DNA of 20,000 nt from an uncultured virus (IMG/VR IMGVR_UViG_3300021255_003627) (IMGVR_UViG_3300021255_003627); one strand, 5' to 3'; positions 8,808 through 16,850 are shown, counted from the first letter of the stretch. Translations and numbers: made by a program. Notes: a model not told the origin generated them from the sequence alone.

Positions 8808-8833
8808 GTTTGGTAATGATATTTATTTTTGTT

Positions 8834-9040
8834 ATGAGAAAGAAAATTTATGTAGAGCCGTTTTGTGAAACCGTCCCAATGGGTGACGGAATTCGTATTT
8901 TACTCTCTTCAAACATTGGTGACGCTGGTAGTGCCAATTACGGCGGTGACGTTGGCGGTGATGAAGCAAAGGGTATTTTAGATGAACATGAGAAACTGTA
9001 TGTAACAGAAACTTCTTGGGACAATTATTCAGAGTGGTAA
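8834..9040 (+). CDS. Small peptide with YxxP leader, Gly-rich core and Trp/acidic tail
   Basis: MRKKIYVEPFCETV...ILLSS...GGDVGG...WDNYSEW; 14 nt upstream of the lipoprotein gene. Confidence 0.7.
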   Translation: MRKKIYVEPFCETVPMGDGIRILLSSNIGDAGSANYGGDVGGDEAKGILDEHEKLYVTETSWDNYSEW

Positions 9041-9054
9041 ATTCTTACAAAAAC

Positions 9055-11121
9055 ATGAACAAATATCTTTTTACTTTGTTGTTTTGTGTGGTGATGGTCG
9101 GTTGCGCTGAAAATGCTTCAGAACCATTTGTTCCAACACAAGACACTCTCGTGTGTTTTACTTCGACAGATGAAGAGAGCACTAGAACTGCAATGTACCC
9201 TAACGGTAGGTTTAAATGGGTCAACTCATCCGATGGTGATGTGACCATAACTGACCATATCTATGTCATTAAAGATGATGGGGACACTGTTAAATCGAAA
9301 ACCATGGAGATAATCAATGATGATGAAACGAAGGCAAAGTTCTACTTATCTGGAACCTTTAACAAACCTCTGTACGATATTATCTATAATGGTTCAACGA
9401 TTAACGATGAGGAAAAAAACTGTGTTGGCTTGGTCACAGTAAAAGACGAACAAGTACAGTTCTATCCAAACAACTCAACGCACCTTGGACTTAACGGAGA
9501 CTGTGCAATTGCAAAAGCAAGAAAAGACAACAACGGAGGTTACTCGTTCAAACTAGAACACCAAATGGCCTATCTTATGTTTGAGCCTAGAATGAACCTT
9601 AACAAAAAAGCAACTGTAAGGAAGATTAAGGTAATCGAGGAAAATGGCAAGAACTTGTGCGGCACATTAACCATAGATGCGAATGGGACAAGCAGCACCG
9701 TGTTATTCAATGGAAAAAGTGAGATAACTTTGTATTGCGGAAAGGATGTCAAGGCCGTTGATAACGGCGAAATGGATGCCAATGTAGCCACGCAAAACGG
9801 CTTTGCGGTTAATTATGATTTGCCATATGATGAAATCTATGGGGAACAAGAAAAGGAAGACAACCCTAGGGCTTTTATGGTCATTGTTCCAGGACAATAT
9901 AAATTAACCTTTGAATATGAGGTTGAATCATCTTCGTTCTACGAGCAACATGCCTCGCACAACACCGCTTTAACCGAGTGGCTACCAAGAAAGACTGGGT
10001 ACATTTCCAAGCAAGTTAGAAAGAATGTTGATGTCACATTCGAGAAAAACCAATACTATAGAATACGCCATAAACTATCCGACACTCAAATAGAAATTGA
10101 TAGCGACAAGATTTACAAATTTGAAGAATATTATATGTGGGGCGGCAAAAAGTGGTTCTGGAACGACGCAGAAACTTATCCGCTAAAATATGACGAGTAT
10201 CAATCTCAAGGTGCACCAACACAAGGAAGCAGTTCATGGTTCTTTGATGAACTTGAATATGGTGATGTGATGTTCGAACTCCACAGCGGCGGCGGCACAT
10301 ATGATTGGGGTAAAAGTGAGAATAGGGTAATGGGTAAATGGTATAGACACAAACTAGCGAACAACAACCAATCTGAAGCGTGGTCTCCAACTAAAACGCT
10401 TACGGCCAACCAAATGAGTTATTATGTTATATACGGCGATGCCCATTACGATAATACGACACCTTGGAAACTATTGAAATATGGTGGCTATAATGGTCAT
10501 GGTGGGAACGACACCTTGTTAGTGTGCTACGGTGGAGTATGGTTTAAGAAGAAAGCCAAGATTGAATCTGAAGGGCACTCATTCCCTAACGAAAAAGAAT
10601 GGGAAATAAATAACAACCCAAACCAAGTAGCGGCTCCGTTTATACATGACGAATCGGCTGGACAAGCCAAGCAGCCATTTGAAGGCGTTAGATACAACTT
10701 AAGGTACTGTGCACCTTGGACAAACTACAGATATACTTATACCAACTACGACGATTTCAAAAGCACTAATGTATGGAAGAAACCATGGGAACTTGATGAA
10801 AGCAAGGACTCGACTGACTATTTCTTCGTCCCATGTCTAGGGCAAATTATGTACAATTCCCAAAAGACACCGAATGTCCCGACATTCACGTTGGTTGGCG
10901 CACAAGGCTTTTATTGGACGAAAACACCACTTATGTATAACATAGGTGCAACATCGTTTTTCTATTACCCAAATAGTTTAACATACGATTATTCTAAGGT
11001 AGAGAACGATAATGCGTTCTACCTTAATATCCATTATAACTATGTGGCGTTGAGTTGGCAGCAAAGCGGTGTTCATGTCAAGAACGGAATGCGTATAGCA
11101 AACACAAGTATGTTTAAATAG
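9055..11121 (+). CDS. Fimbrillin/type V pilin-like lipoprotein
   Basis: Lipoprotein signal MNKYLFTLLFCVVMVG-C, STR/T propeptide-like site, W...D.I.V, F.LEHQMAYL.F and L.G motifs as in Bacteroidales fimbrillin-family proteins; aromatic-rich C-terminal domain with GFYWT. Confidence 0.72.
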   Translation: MNKYLFTLLFCVVMVGCAENASEPFVPTQDTLVCFTSTDEESTRTAMYPNGRFKWVNSSDGDVTITDHIYVIKDDGDTVKSKTMEIINDDETKAKFYLSGTFNKPLYDIIYNGSTINDEEKNCVGLVTVKDEQVQFYPNNSTHLGLNGDCAIAKARKDNNGGYSFKLEHQMAYLMFEPRMNLNKKATVRKIKVIEENGKNLCGTLTIDANGTSSTVLFNGKSEITLYCGKDVKAVDNGEMDANVATQNGFAVNYDLPYDEIYGEQEKEDNPRAFMVIVPGQYKLTFEYEVESSSFYEQHASHNTALTEWLPRKTGYISKQVRKNVDVTFEKNQYYRIRHKLSDTQIEIDSDKIYKFEEYYMWGGKKWFWNDAETYPLKYDEYQSQGAPTQGSSSWFFDELEYGDVMFELHSGGGTYDWGKSENRVMGKWYRHKLANNNQSEAWSPTKTLTANQMSYYVIYGDAHYDNTTPWKLLKYGGYNGHGGNDTLLVCYGGVWFKKKAKIESEGHSFPNEKEWEINNNPNQVAAPFIHDESAGQAKQPFEGVRYNLRYCAPWTNYRYTYTNYDDFKSTNVWKKPWELDESKDSTDYFFVPCLGQIMYNSQKTPNVPTFTLVGAQGFYWTKTPLMYNIGATSFFYYPNSLTYDYSKVENDNAFYLNIHYNYVALSWQQSGVHVKNGMRIANTSMFK

Positions 11122-11142
11122 TAAAGACATATGAGTGACGAT

Positions 11143-11176
11143 AAACCACCACCCAACCAAGGTAGGTGGTTTTTTT
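11143..11176 (+). terminator. Rho-independent terminator
   Basis: AAACCACC/GGTGGTTT stem followed by a T run. Confidence 0.7.
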
Positions 11177-11205
11177 ATGAAAATATGTTAAAAGTTGCAC
11201 GATAT

Positions 11206-11237
11206 TTTGGTTATTTGAAAAATTTTCCATATCTTTG
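11206..11237 (+). promoter_or_regulatory. Bacteroidetes sigma-A type promoter driving the RNA island
   Basis: TTTG(11206-11209)-N20-TATCTTTG(11230-11237). Confidence 0.75.
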
Positions 11238-11246
11238 CAATACATA

Positions 11247-11460
11247 AAGAGTGGACGTTTAGAGAAACGAGAATGAGCTTACTATTCCCTGAAGTCATGT
11301 CTAAGACATTCAAAGTAAGTAAGCCTTATAGGGAAGGCAAGTATTCTGAAACGCAGTATTGTGAGCGCGTCGGTTGTTTGTGGCGCGGTGGTAGCAAAAA
11401 CGTGAGACGTTGACAAACACCCAATGTACCTTGTTCGGTTTAAACTACCTTCCCACTCTT
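11247..11460 (+). ncRNA. Candidate structured ncRNA of unknown class
   Basis: Starts ~9 nt after the promoter; closing stem AAGAGTGG/CCACTCTT; several nested internal helices; no credible ORF. Confidence 0.5.
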
Positions 11461-11497
11461 GTTTTAGGGTATCATCAGTAGTAAATGATTTAATCAC

Positions 11498-12088
11498 GCA
11501 ATAGTGGTGGAATTAGGTAGACACGAGGGACTTAATGAAAATTTGAGTGCATAGGCGAGAAATCCCTATGTAGAATCTCCTAAATTCGGTGGAAATCCTT
11601 TCCTCAACCTCCCAATACGAAATCTGTTATAGGGACACCGTGGGAACAGAACACTAACAAATAATGTGTAAGGACTATACCGAGCGAAAATGAGAAACAT
11701 TAGTACAGATAGTTCAAATGGAAATAGAACGCTCATAATCGTGTAGAGACTGAACGGGAGATACCTAAGTTGAAATTTATATAAACGAAGGAAGTGCCGA
11801 GTTAAGAACTTTGTTTATGTATCTTGCAAGAATTTCAATATGGTACTGAGACAGCCCAGACCACAACAAACAAAGTATTTACACTGGTCAACGATTCTAA
11901 GGTACAGAGGGGTGTAAATAGCAAATCATAAAATCTCAGAAGGCTTCTGAAATAGCGTAAGATGCGTAAAGTGCTGACCCAAGAGCAGTCGTAACGGTTT
12001 TATGAGCTTTGTTTGGCTATGGTAACATAGAGTGGCAGGAAAATCCCTTGGCTATAAAGCCGTATGAGTTCGAGTCTCATCTATTGTA
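11498..12088 (+). tRNA. trnL: tRNA-Leu(UAA), exons 11498-11533 and 12040-12088, interrupted by a group I intron
   Basis: Acceptor GCAATAG/CTATTGT+A; D-arm GTGGAATTAGGTAGACAC; after splicing AGGGA-CTTAAAA-TCCCT; long variable arm GGCT..AGCC; T-arm ATGAG-TTCGAGT-CTCAT; CCA not encoded. Confidence 0.93.
11534..12039 (+). ncRNA. Group I intron (506 nt, no ORF) in the tRNA-Leu anticodon
   Basis: Inserted after U34 and ends in G. P1 ACTT/GAGT(11545-11548) with U.G. P3 TCTCCT/GGGAGA. P4 TTCGGTG/TACCGAG. P7 GAGACTG(11746-11752)/CAGCCC(11852-11857). Confidence 0.9.
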
Positions 12089-12192
12089 CATGTAATCTAT
12101 AAGCGAAACAAAATTACATATTGTGGAAACCAACAGCAATTATCTTTAACGTTTTTATAGTATGGGTTAGAAAAAGAAGGTTTCCTTTTTAC

Positions 12193-12264
12193 GGTTTTGT
12201 TAGTTCAAAAGAAGAACGTGAGATTGTGGCTCTCAAGACGGTGGAGCGTTACCACCACAAAACC
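12193..12264 (+). tRNA. trnH: tRNA-His(GUG) with non-canonical D and T loops
   Basis: G-1:C73; acceptor GTTTTGT/ACAAAAC; D-arm GTTC-AAAAGAA-GAAC; anticodon arm TGAGA-TTGTGGC-TCTCA; T-arm GGTGG-AGCGTTA-CCACC; all four stems fully paired. Confidence 0.85.
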
Positions 12265-12323
12265 CTATGATGATTAACTTTGGTATATAATTACCTTGAT
12301 TTTGAAAATAATAGATGTCAAAA

Positions 12324-12355
12324 TTTGCTTTATTGAAAAAATTTTTATATCTTTG
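12324..12355 (+). promoter_or_regulatory. Bacteroidetes sigma-A type promoter
   Basis: TTTG(12324-12327)-N20-TATCTTTG(12348-12355). Confidence 0.75.
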
Positions 12356-12363
12356 CACTGTTT

Positions 12364-12606
12364 ATGGAATTGAAATATATTAGAGGCTGCGTCCATGACA
12401 ATATATTAGTGGATGGGGTACAAGAGATGAATATTAGTGATGAGGAAAGGAAAATTGTTTTAGAGAAAATAGCCAAATCTTTGAAACCAAGTGACCTAAA
12501 CATCCTCTTGCAAGAGATAATCCCGATATTTGGGGAGTTAGAGTCGAGTGATGGCCCTTGTGAAAGTTGCGGTGACTATGTTGATACATATGTGCTGCAA
12601 GTATGA
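12364..12606 (+). CDS. Small Cys-containing hypothetical protein
   Basis: 80 aa; GCVHD and PCESCGD suggest metal binding. Confidence 0.7.
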   Translation: MELKYIRGCVHDNILVDGVQEMNISDEERKIVLEKIAKSLKPSDLNILLQEIIPIFGELESSDGPCESCGDYVDTYVLQV

Positions 12607-12679
12607 CCCATCTATCAATTTCAAATGAGAAAAGTTTTTCTAAATAATTAATTTTAAAATTGCAAAACAAAAAAAATTT

Positions 12680-13735
12680 ATGAAAAGACTAATTATTTTT
12701 ATGTTTGCACTTGTCAGTGCAGTTGTTGGTGTAAAGGCACAAACTACAATTGAGGAAGGAAAGTTGTTTGACAACATGCATATTACGATTCAAGGCGGCG
12801 TGTCAACCCCACTCAAACTTAGTTCTGTCTTCCCGATTAACCCTTCGGCAACTATTGCTGTAGGTAAGTGGTTCACTCCCGTGTTTGGCGCTGAAGTTGA
12901 GGGCACCGCTTGGTTTGGTAGTGTTGATTCGGATGGACATTGGGATTGGGATGGAACGGCCCACAATTTTGTTCGTGGTTCTTATGTTGGAGTCAACGGT
13001 TTGACAAACCTCACAAACCTTTTGTGTGGTTATAATGGAAAACCTAGGGCGTTTGAAGTCGGTACACAAATTGGTCTTGGTTGGTGCCATCGTTACACTC
13101 CTAATAACGCTGACAAAAACCGTAATGGTGTTGGTGTGAAGACTGGTCTTGACCTCGCATTCAACCTTGGAAGCAAGAAGGCTCATACGCTTAGTATACG
13201 CCCAGCGGTTCTTTGGGAGATTGCAAACCATTGGAATAAGGTTCAGTTCAATAGGAACAAGGCACAACTGTATCTCGGTGTTGCCTATACCTACCATTTT
13301 AAGAACAGCAATGGAACCCATTATTTTAAGACGCATGATATTGGTGAACTGAATGCACGAATCAACTACCTAAAGGGTCGTCTTGATGAGTGTGAAGGCA
13401 GAGAACCTAAGGTCGTTGAAAGGGTCGTAGAAAAGACCGTCAATGTTGTCACGGATAGAACTTGGGTCGTTCAGTTTGCCAAAAATTCGTATGAACTTAC
13501 CGACGAAGCGAAGAAGGTGCTTGATGCAATCAAGGCAAACGAGGTGGTTGACATAGTTGGAACCGCATCTCCAGAGGGTGAAATGGAACACAATAAGCGT
13601 TTGTCAGAGCAACGAGCTGCCAATGTAGCCGATTATCTTTCCAAGCGCGGCGTAAAAATCAACTCTTGGGGTGGCAAGGGTGTGATGATTGGAGAATCTA
13701 CGAACAGACTTGCCATTGTTACGGTTTCCGAATAA
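12680..13735 (+). CDS. OmpA-family outer membrane protein
   Basis: Signal peptide, beta-barrel with VGKWFTPVFG, coiled linker, C-terminal OmpA_C motifs VQFAKNS, GTASPEG and N..LSEQRA..V..YL. Confidence 0.92.
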   Translation: MKRLIIFMFALVSAVVGVKAQTTIEEGKLFDNMHITIQGGVSTPLKLSSVFPINPSATIAVGKWFTPVFGAEVEGTAWFGSVDSDGHWDWDGTAHNFVRGSYVGVNGLTNLTNLLCGYNGKPRAFEVGTQIGLGWCHRYTPNNADKNRNGVGVKTGLDLAFNLGSKKAHTLSIRPAVLWEIANHWNKVQFNRNKAQLYLGVAYTYHFKNSNGTHYFKTHDIGELNARINYLKGRLDECEGREPKVVERVVEKTVNVVTDRTWVVQFAKNSYELTDEAKKVLDAIKANEVVDIVGTASPEGEMEHNKRLSEQRAANVADYLSKRGVKINSWGGKGVMIGESTNRLAIVTVSE

Positions 13736-13764
13736 TGAATCTTAACATTTGTTTAAAAATGTTT

Positions 13765-13802
13765 AAATGTGGGGTGATTTTTTTGTCGCCTCACATTTTT
13801 TC
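13765..13802 (+). terminator. Terminator hairpin after the OmpA gene, overlapping the next promoter
   Basis: AAATGTGGGGTGA...TCGCCTCACATTT followed by Ts. Confidence 0.6.
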
Positions 13803-13812
13803 CATATATTTG
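13782..13812 (+). promoter_or_regulatory. Bacteroidetes sigma-A type promoter
   Basis: TTTG(13782-13785)-N19-TATATTTG(13805-13812). Confidence 0.75.
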
Positions 13813-13849
13813 CCAAAGAAATATTTTTTATTATTAAGCAAACAAAGTT

Positions 13850-14617
13850 ATGGCAGCGATAGATAAAATTTATTTGAATGGGTCTTATAATGATTATAAA
13901 GAATTTGTTGATTGGTGTAATAAGCAACCTCTTCTTTATGATAAGTATAATAAACCTTGTAGGATTTCTTCTTATGCTTATAAGCATGCTAAAGAAGATT
14001 GGCAACCTGGAAGAGTTGTATTTATGGGCCCATATTATGTAGATGCCTATCTTATACGAAACTGCCCTATTGAAGCTGTCCAAGAAGAACTAATGCTTAA
14101 CTATGGACATTGGTCACAGAGAAAGATTAACGATGCCTACGAGATAGTTTCCAATCGTACCGAGGAAAACAAGGAATACTTTACATGGCTTACCATTGAT
14201 GACTTCAAAATTGTGGATGGTGTAATTACAATGCCAAATCTTGAGAAATCAGATTATCAAAGAATAAAAGATGGAGAAATGTATGTTTCTCCAAAAAGAG
14301 AAGTCTATGAATATGGAAAACATTTTAGATGTACTAAACATCCGAAATATAAGTACAATACTCCTTTTGCATCTAAATGTTGGCACATAGATATTGAAAT
14401 CCCAAATCACGATTATATGTGGTACCATAAAAACCATAATTCTTGGGATTTTTATGATGAGTTTGTAATCAGTGATTGGTCTTCAAACACAGCCTTTTGC
14501 AAGTCTATTAAGGCTCTTAAGAGATTAATGTTAAAGTGGAAACTTCCAATAGGCACCGTTGTTAGAGCAAGAGGACGTTATATATTTGATGATTATGAAT
14601 TTGTAATTACTAAATAA
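13850..14617 (+). CDS. Hypothetical phage protein
   Basis: 255 aa aromatic-rich ORF following a promoter. Confidence 0.75.
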   Translation: MAAIDKIYLNGSYNDYKEFVDWCNKQPLLYDKYNKPCRISSYAYKHAKEDWQPGRVVFMGPYYVDAYLIRNCPIEAVQEELMLNYGHWSQRKINDAYEIVSNRTEENKEYFTWLTIDDFKIVDGVITMPNLEKSDYQRIKDGEMYVSPKREVYEYGKHFRCTKHPKYKYNTPFASKCWHIDIEIPNHDYMWYHKNHNSWDFYDEFVISDWSSNTAFCKSIKALKRLMLKWKLPIGTVVRARGRYIFDDYEFVITK

Positions 14618-14627
14618 AAAGATAATA

Positions 14628-16616
14628 ATGATGAATAAATCTGAAGATTTCCTTAATAGAATGCAAGGACTCCTTGATAGTGCTAAAAAACAAGGACGTG
14701 TTATTGTTCGAGTTGAGGATATTGAAAATACTTTCCCAGAACTTGAGTCAGAGGAGGAGAGAATACACAAACTCGTAACTAAAATAGTTGATTGGTATAA
14801 TGTAAGACATCAATATTTTACAGAGATACCAAAAGAGAAAGTAATGGCTTGGCTTGAAAAACAAGGTGAACCACAAGACAAAGGCGAAATCTCTGATGGT
14901 TACCATACCTTCAACGAACTCTACTATTATCGCATGCTTTACAACGCAGCTTTCTTTAATATGCTACCAAAAGAGTGGGTACATAAGAGCAAGAAACATA
15001 ATGATGGGGAAGAGTGTTTTGGTGGTGGTTGGTTTATTGTAATGGCTAATCTTCCTACAGGACAAATAAGTAATCACTATGAGATTAAGGATTGGGATTT
15101 ATTCCAAATTCCTGAAAAGGAAATAGCAGATAAATGGGATGGACACACCCCACAAGAAGCAGCCAATAGGTTACATAAATATCTGCTTGAAGAACAAGAA
15201 TCTTGTGAGCAGAAGAAAGTTTCAATTTGGAAACATTGGGGTGGGCATGGAATTGCAGGTAATGGAGAAGGTAAAACAATCTATTTAATAAAGATTGGTA
15301 ACACATATAGCCTCAGTTCTTGCCTTGGTGTTGAGTGTGACTACATAGAATTATCTGAATTAGATAATTTGATGCTTGAAAAGCAAGGTGATACAAATGA
15401 AACTATCAACAGGGATGAGTTTGCACAAGATGTTCTAAGAGGGGCTGCTATAAACCTTATCACTTGGATAGATTATAATGCAGCAGAAGGCAATATGTGT
15501 CTTTCTAACATGGAATGTAAGGATATTGAGGATGCCTTAGTTAGTGGTGATTGGGATAAGATATATGCTTATGTGAAGAAGAAACTTGAAAAGCAAGGTG
15601 AACAGAAGCCCATTATCGAAATGAAATCACCAGAAGAAAGCCTTGGAACATCTTCAAAAGAATATAACGAGATTGTTAATGAGTGTCTTTATGGTGAATC
15701 AAATTCTCCTGACAAGGTTGAGCCGAAATTTAAAGTAGGTGATTGGCTTGTTCAAAATGAAAGAAGAAATATTATTAAAGTTGTTGATGCCACCCCTCTT
15801 GTTTATAAAGTTGTTGATATTTTAGGGTATCACCATACAATAACAGATGATAGCATCGAGAACAACTATCATCTTTGGACTATCCAAGATGCAAAGGACG
15901 GTGATGTGCTTGTTTGTAAGGGAAATATTAAAAATTCAAATGGAATTAAATACGAAAGAATATGTTTATTTAATAGCCTTGACAACGCTTTCTTTACATT
16001 GACAAAAACTTCTAATTACATAGAAGAGTATGACGTTGATGTAAATATTGTTCATCCAGATAGTACTGTTCCTGCAACCAAAGAACAGCGTGATACTCTA
16101 ATGAAAGCAATGGCTGATGCAGGATGGGAATTTGACTTTGAAAAGAAAGAGTTGAAGAAGATTGAGGATGAAGAACATAAGAAGAACATAAATGGTGAGG
16201 ACGATGGGATAGACAGTTTGCGCCATGCAAAGAATATTCTTGAAAAGACTCTTGATAGAAGTAAAGAACAGTTTTTAAGTTTTCAAATACAAGCTTATCT
16301 AAACACAGCAAGTGATGAGTTGTATGCTAAAGGAAAATCTCTTTATTCTGAAGAAAGGCTTGAAGAAATACACAAATGTATGCTAATGTGGCAAACGTTA
16401 CATAATGCTTATTTTTATCAGAAACCAGCTTGGAGTAAAGAGGATGAAAATATTAGGCAGTGGATTATATCTGATATAGAAAAACTATTCGTTTTGAATA
16501 AAAAATCATCTTTTATAGTTAATAAAGAAATTAATTGGCTCAAATCCCTTAAAGACAGAGTGCTGCTGCCTAATTCGAGTGAGGGGGACCAAATGAAAGT
16601 ATTTATTGGTTTATGA
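14628..16616 (+). CDS. Modular hypothetical phage protein with LEKQG-delimited modules, including a SDGYHTF...WDGH domain
   Basis: 662 aa; three LEKQG linkers plus LEEQE; PKFKVGDW and LWTIQDAKDGDVL segments. Confidence 0.8.
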   Translation: MMNKSEDFLNRMQGLLDSAKKQGRVIVRVEDIENTFPELESEEERIHKLVTKIVDWYNVRHQYFTEIPKEKVMAWLEKQGEPQDKGEISDGYHTFNELYYYRMLYNAAFFNMLPKEWVHKSKKHNDGEECFGGGWFIVMANLPTGQISNHYEIKDWDLFQIPEKEIADKWDGHTPQEAANRLHKYLLEEQESCEQKKVSIWKHWGGHGIAGNGEGKTIYLIKIGNTYSLSSCLGVECDYIELSELDNLMLEKQGDTNETINRDEFAQDVLRGAAINLITWIDYNAAEGNMCLSNMECKDIEDALVSGDWDKIYAYVKKKLEKQGEQKPIIEMKSPEESLGTSSKEYNEIVNECLYGESNSPDKVEPKFKVGDWLVQNERRNIIKVVDATPLVYKVVDILGYHHTITDDSIENNYHLWTIQDAKDGDVLVCKGNIKNSNGIKYERICLFNSLDNAFFTLTKTSNYIEEYDVDVNIVHPDSTVPATKEQRDTLMKAMADAGWEFDFEKKELKKIEDEEHKKNINGEDDGIDSLRHAKNILEKTLDRSKEQFLSFQIQAYLNTASDELYAKGKSLYSEERLEEIHKCMLMWQTLHNAYFYQKPAWSKEDENIRQWIISDIEKLFVLNKKSSFIVNKEINWLKSLKDRVLLPNSSEGDQMKVFIGL

Positions 16617-16783
16617 AAAGAATTGGTTTAAAGTTCTACTCTTACATTGGTAAGAATAAGTTGTGTGATGGACTAACTCTTACGATACTTCCGACGGTGA
16701 TGGTTTGCTCAGACGATTACGAGTTTACGCTTATCTTCGGTTGGCTTTTTTGGCAACTTGACGTCTATTACACAAAAAAATAG
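16613..16783 (+). CDS. Small hydrophobic hypothetical protein (56 aa, not in ORF track)
   Basis: ATGA overlap with the upstream stop; MKRIGLKF...ILPTV...FGWLFWQLDVYYTKK. Confidence 0.55.
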   Translation: MKRIGLKFYSYIGKNKLCDGLTLTILPTVMVCSDDYEFTLIFGWLFWQLDVYYTKK

Positions 16784-16850
16784 GTCTTTGAATGACCATT
16801 TAAAGCGAGAGACAAATATTATAACAGAAAAAACAAATACTTAGTTAACC

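Noticed and set aside
11286..11316. Hammerhead-like CTGAAGT...CAAA
   Set aside because: Does not match the invariant CUGANGA and GAAA core.
10860..11460. DGR variable/template repeat for the lipoprotein C-terminus
   Set aside because: No adenine-variant duplicate and no reverse transcriptase in the window; cannot be excluded elsewhere in the genome.
11282..11497. 71-aa minus-strand ORF
   Set aside because: Antisense to the promoter-driven RNA island, with no recognisable protein features.
12089..12145. Theta/HDV-like ribozyme after tRNA-Leu
   Set aside because: Only an AT-rich hairpin (ATGTAAT/ATTACAT) is visible; no nested double pseudoknot could be built.
12803..13336. 177-aa minus-strand ORF and similar antisense ORFs across the window
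   Set aside because: Shadows of well-supported plus-strand genes.
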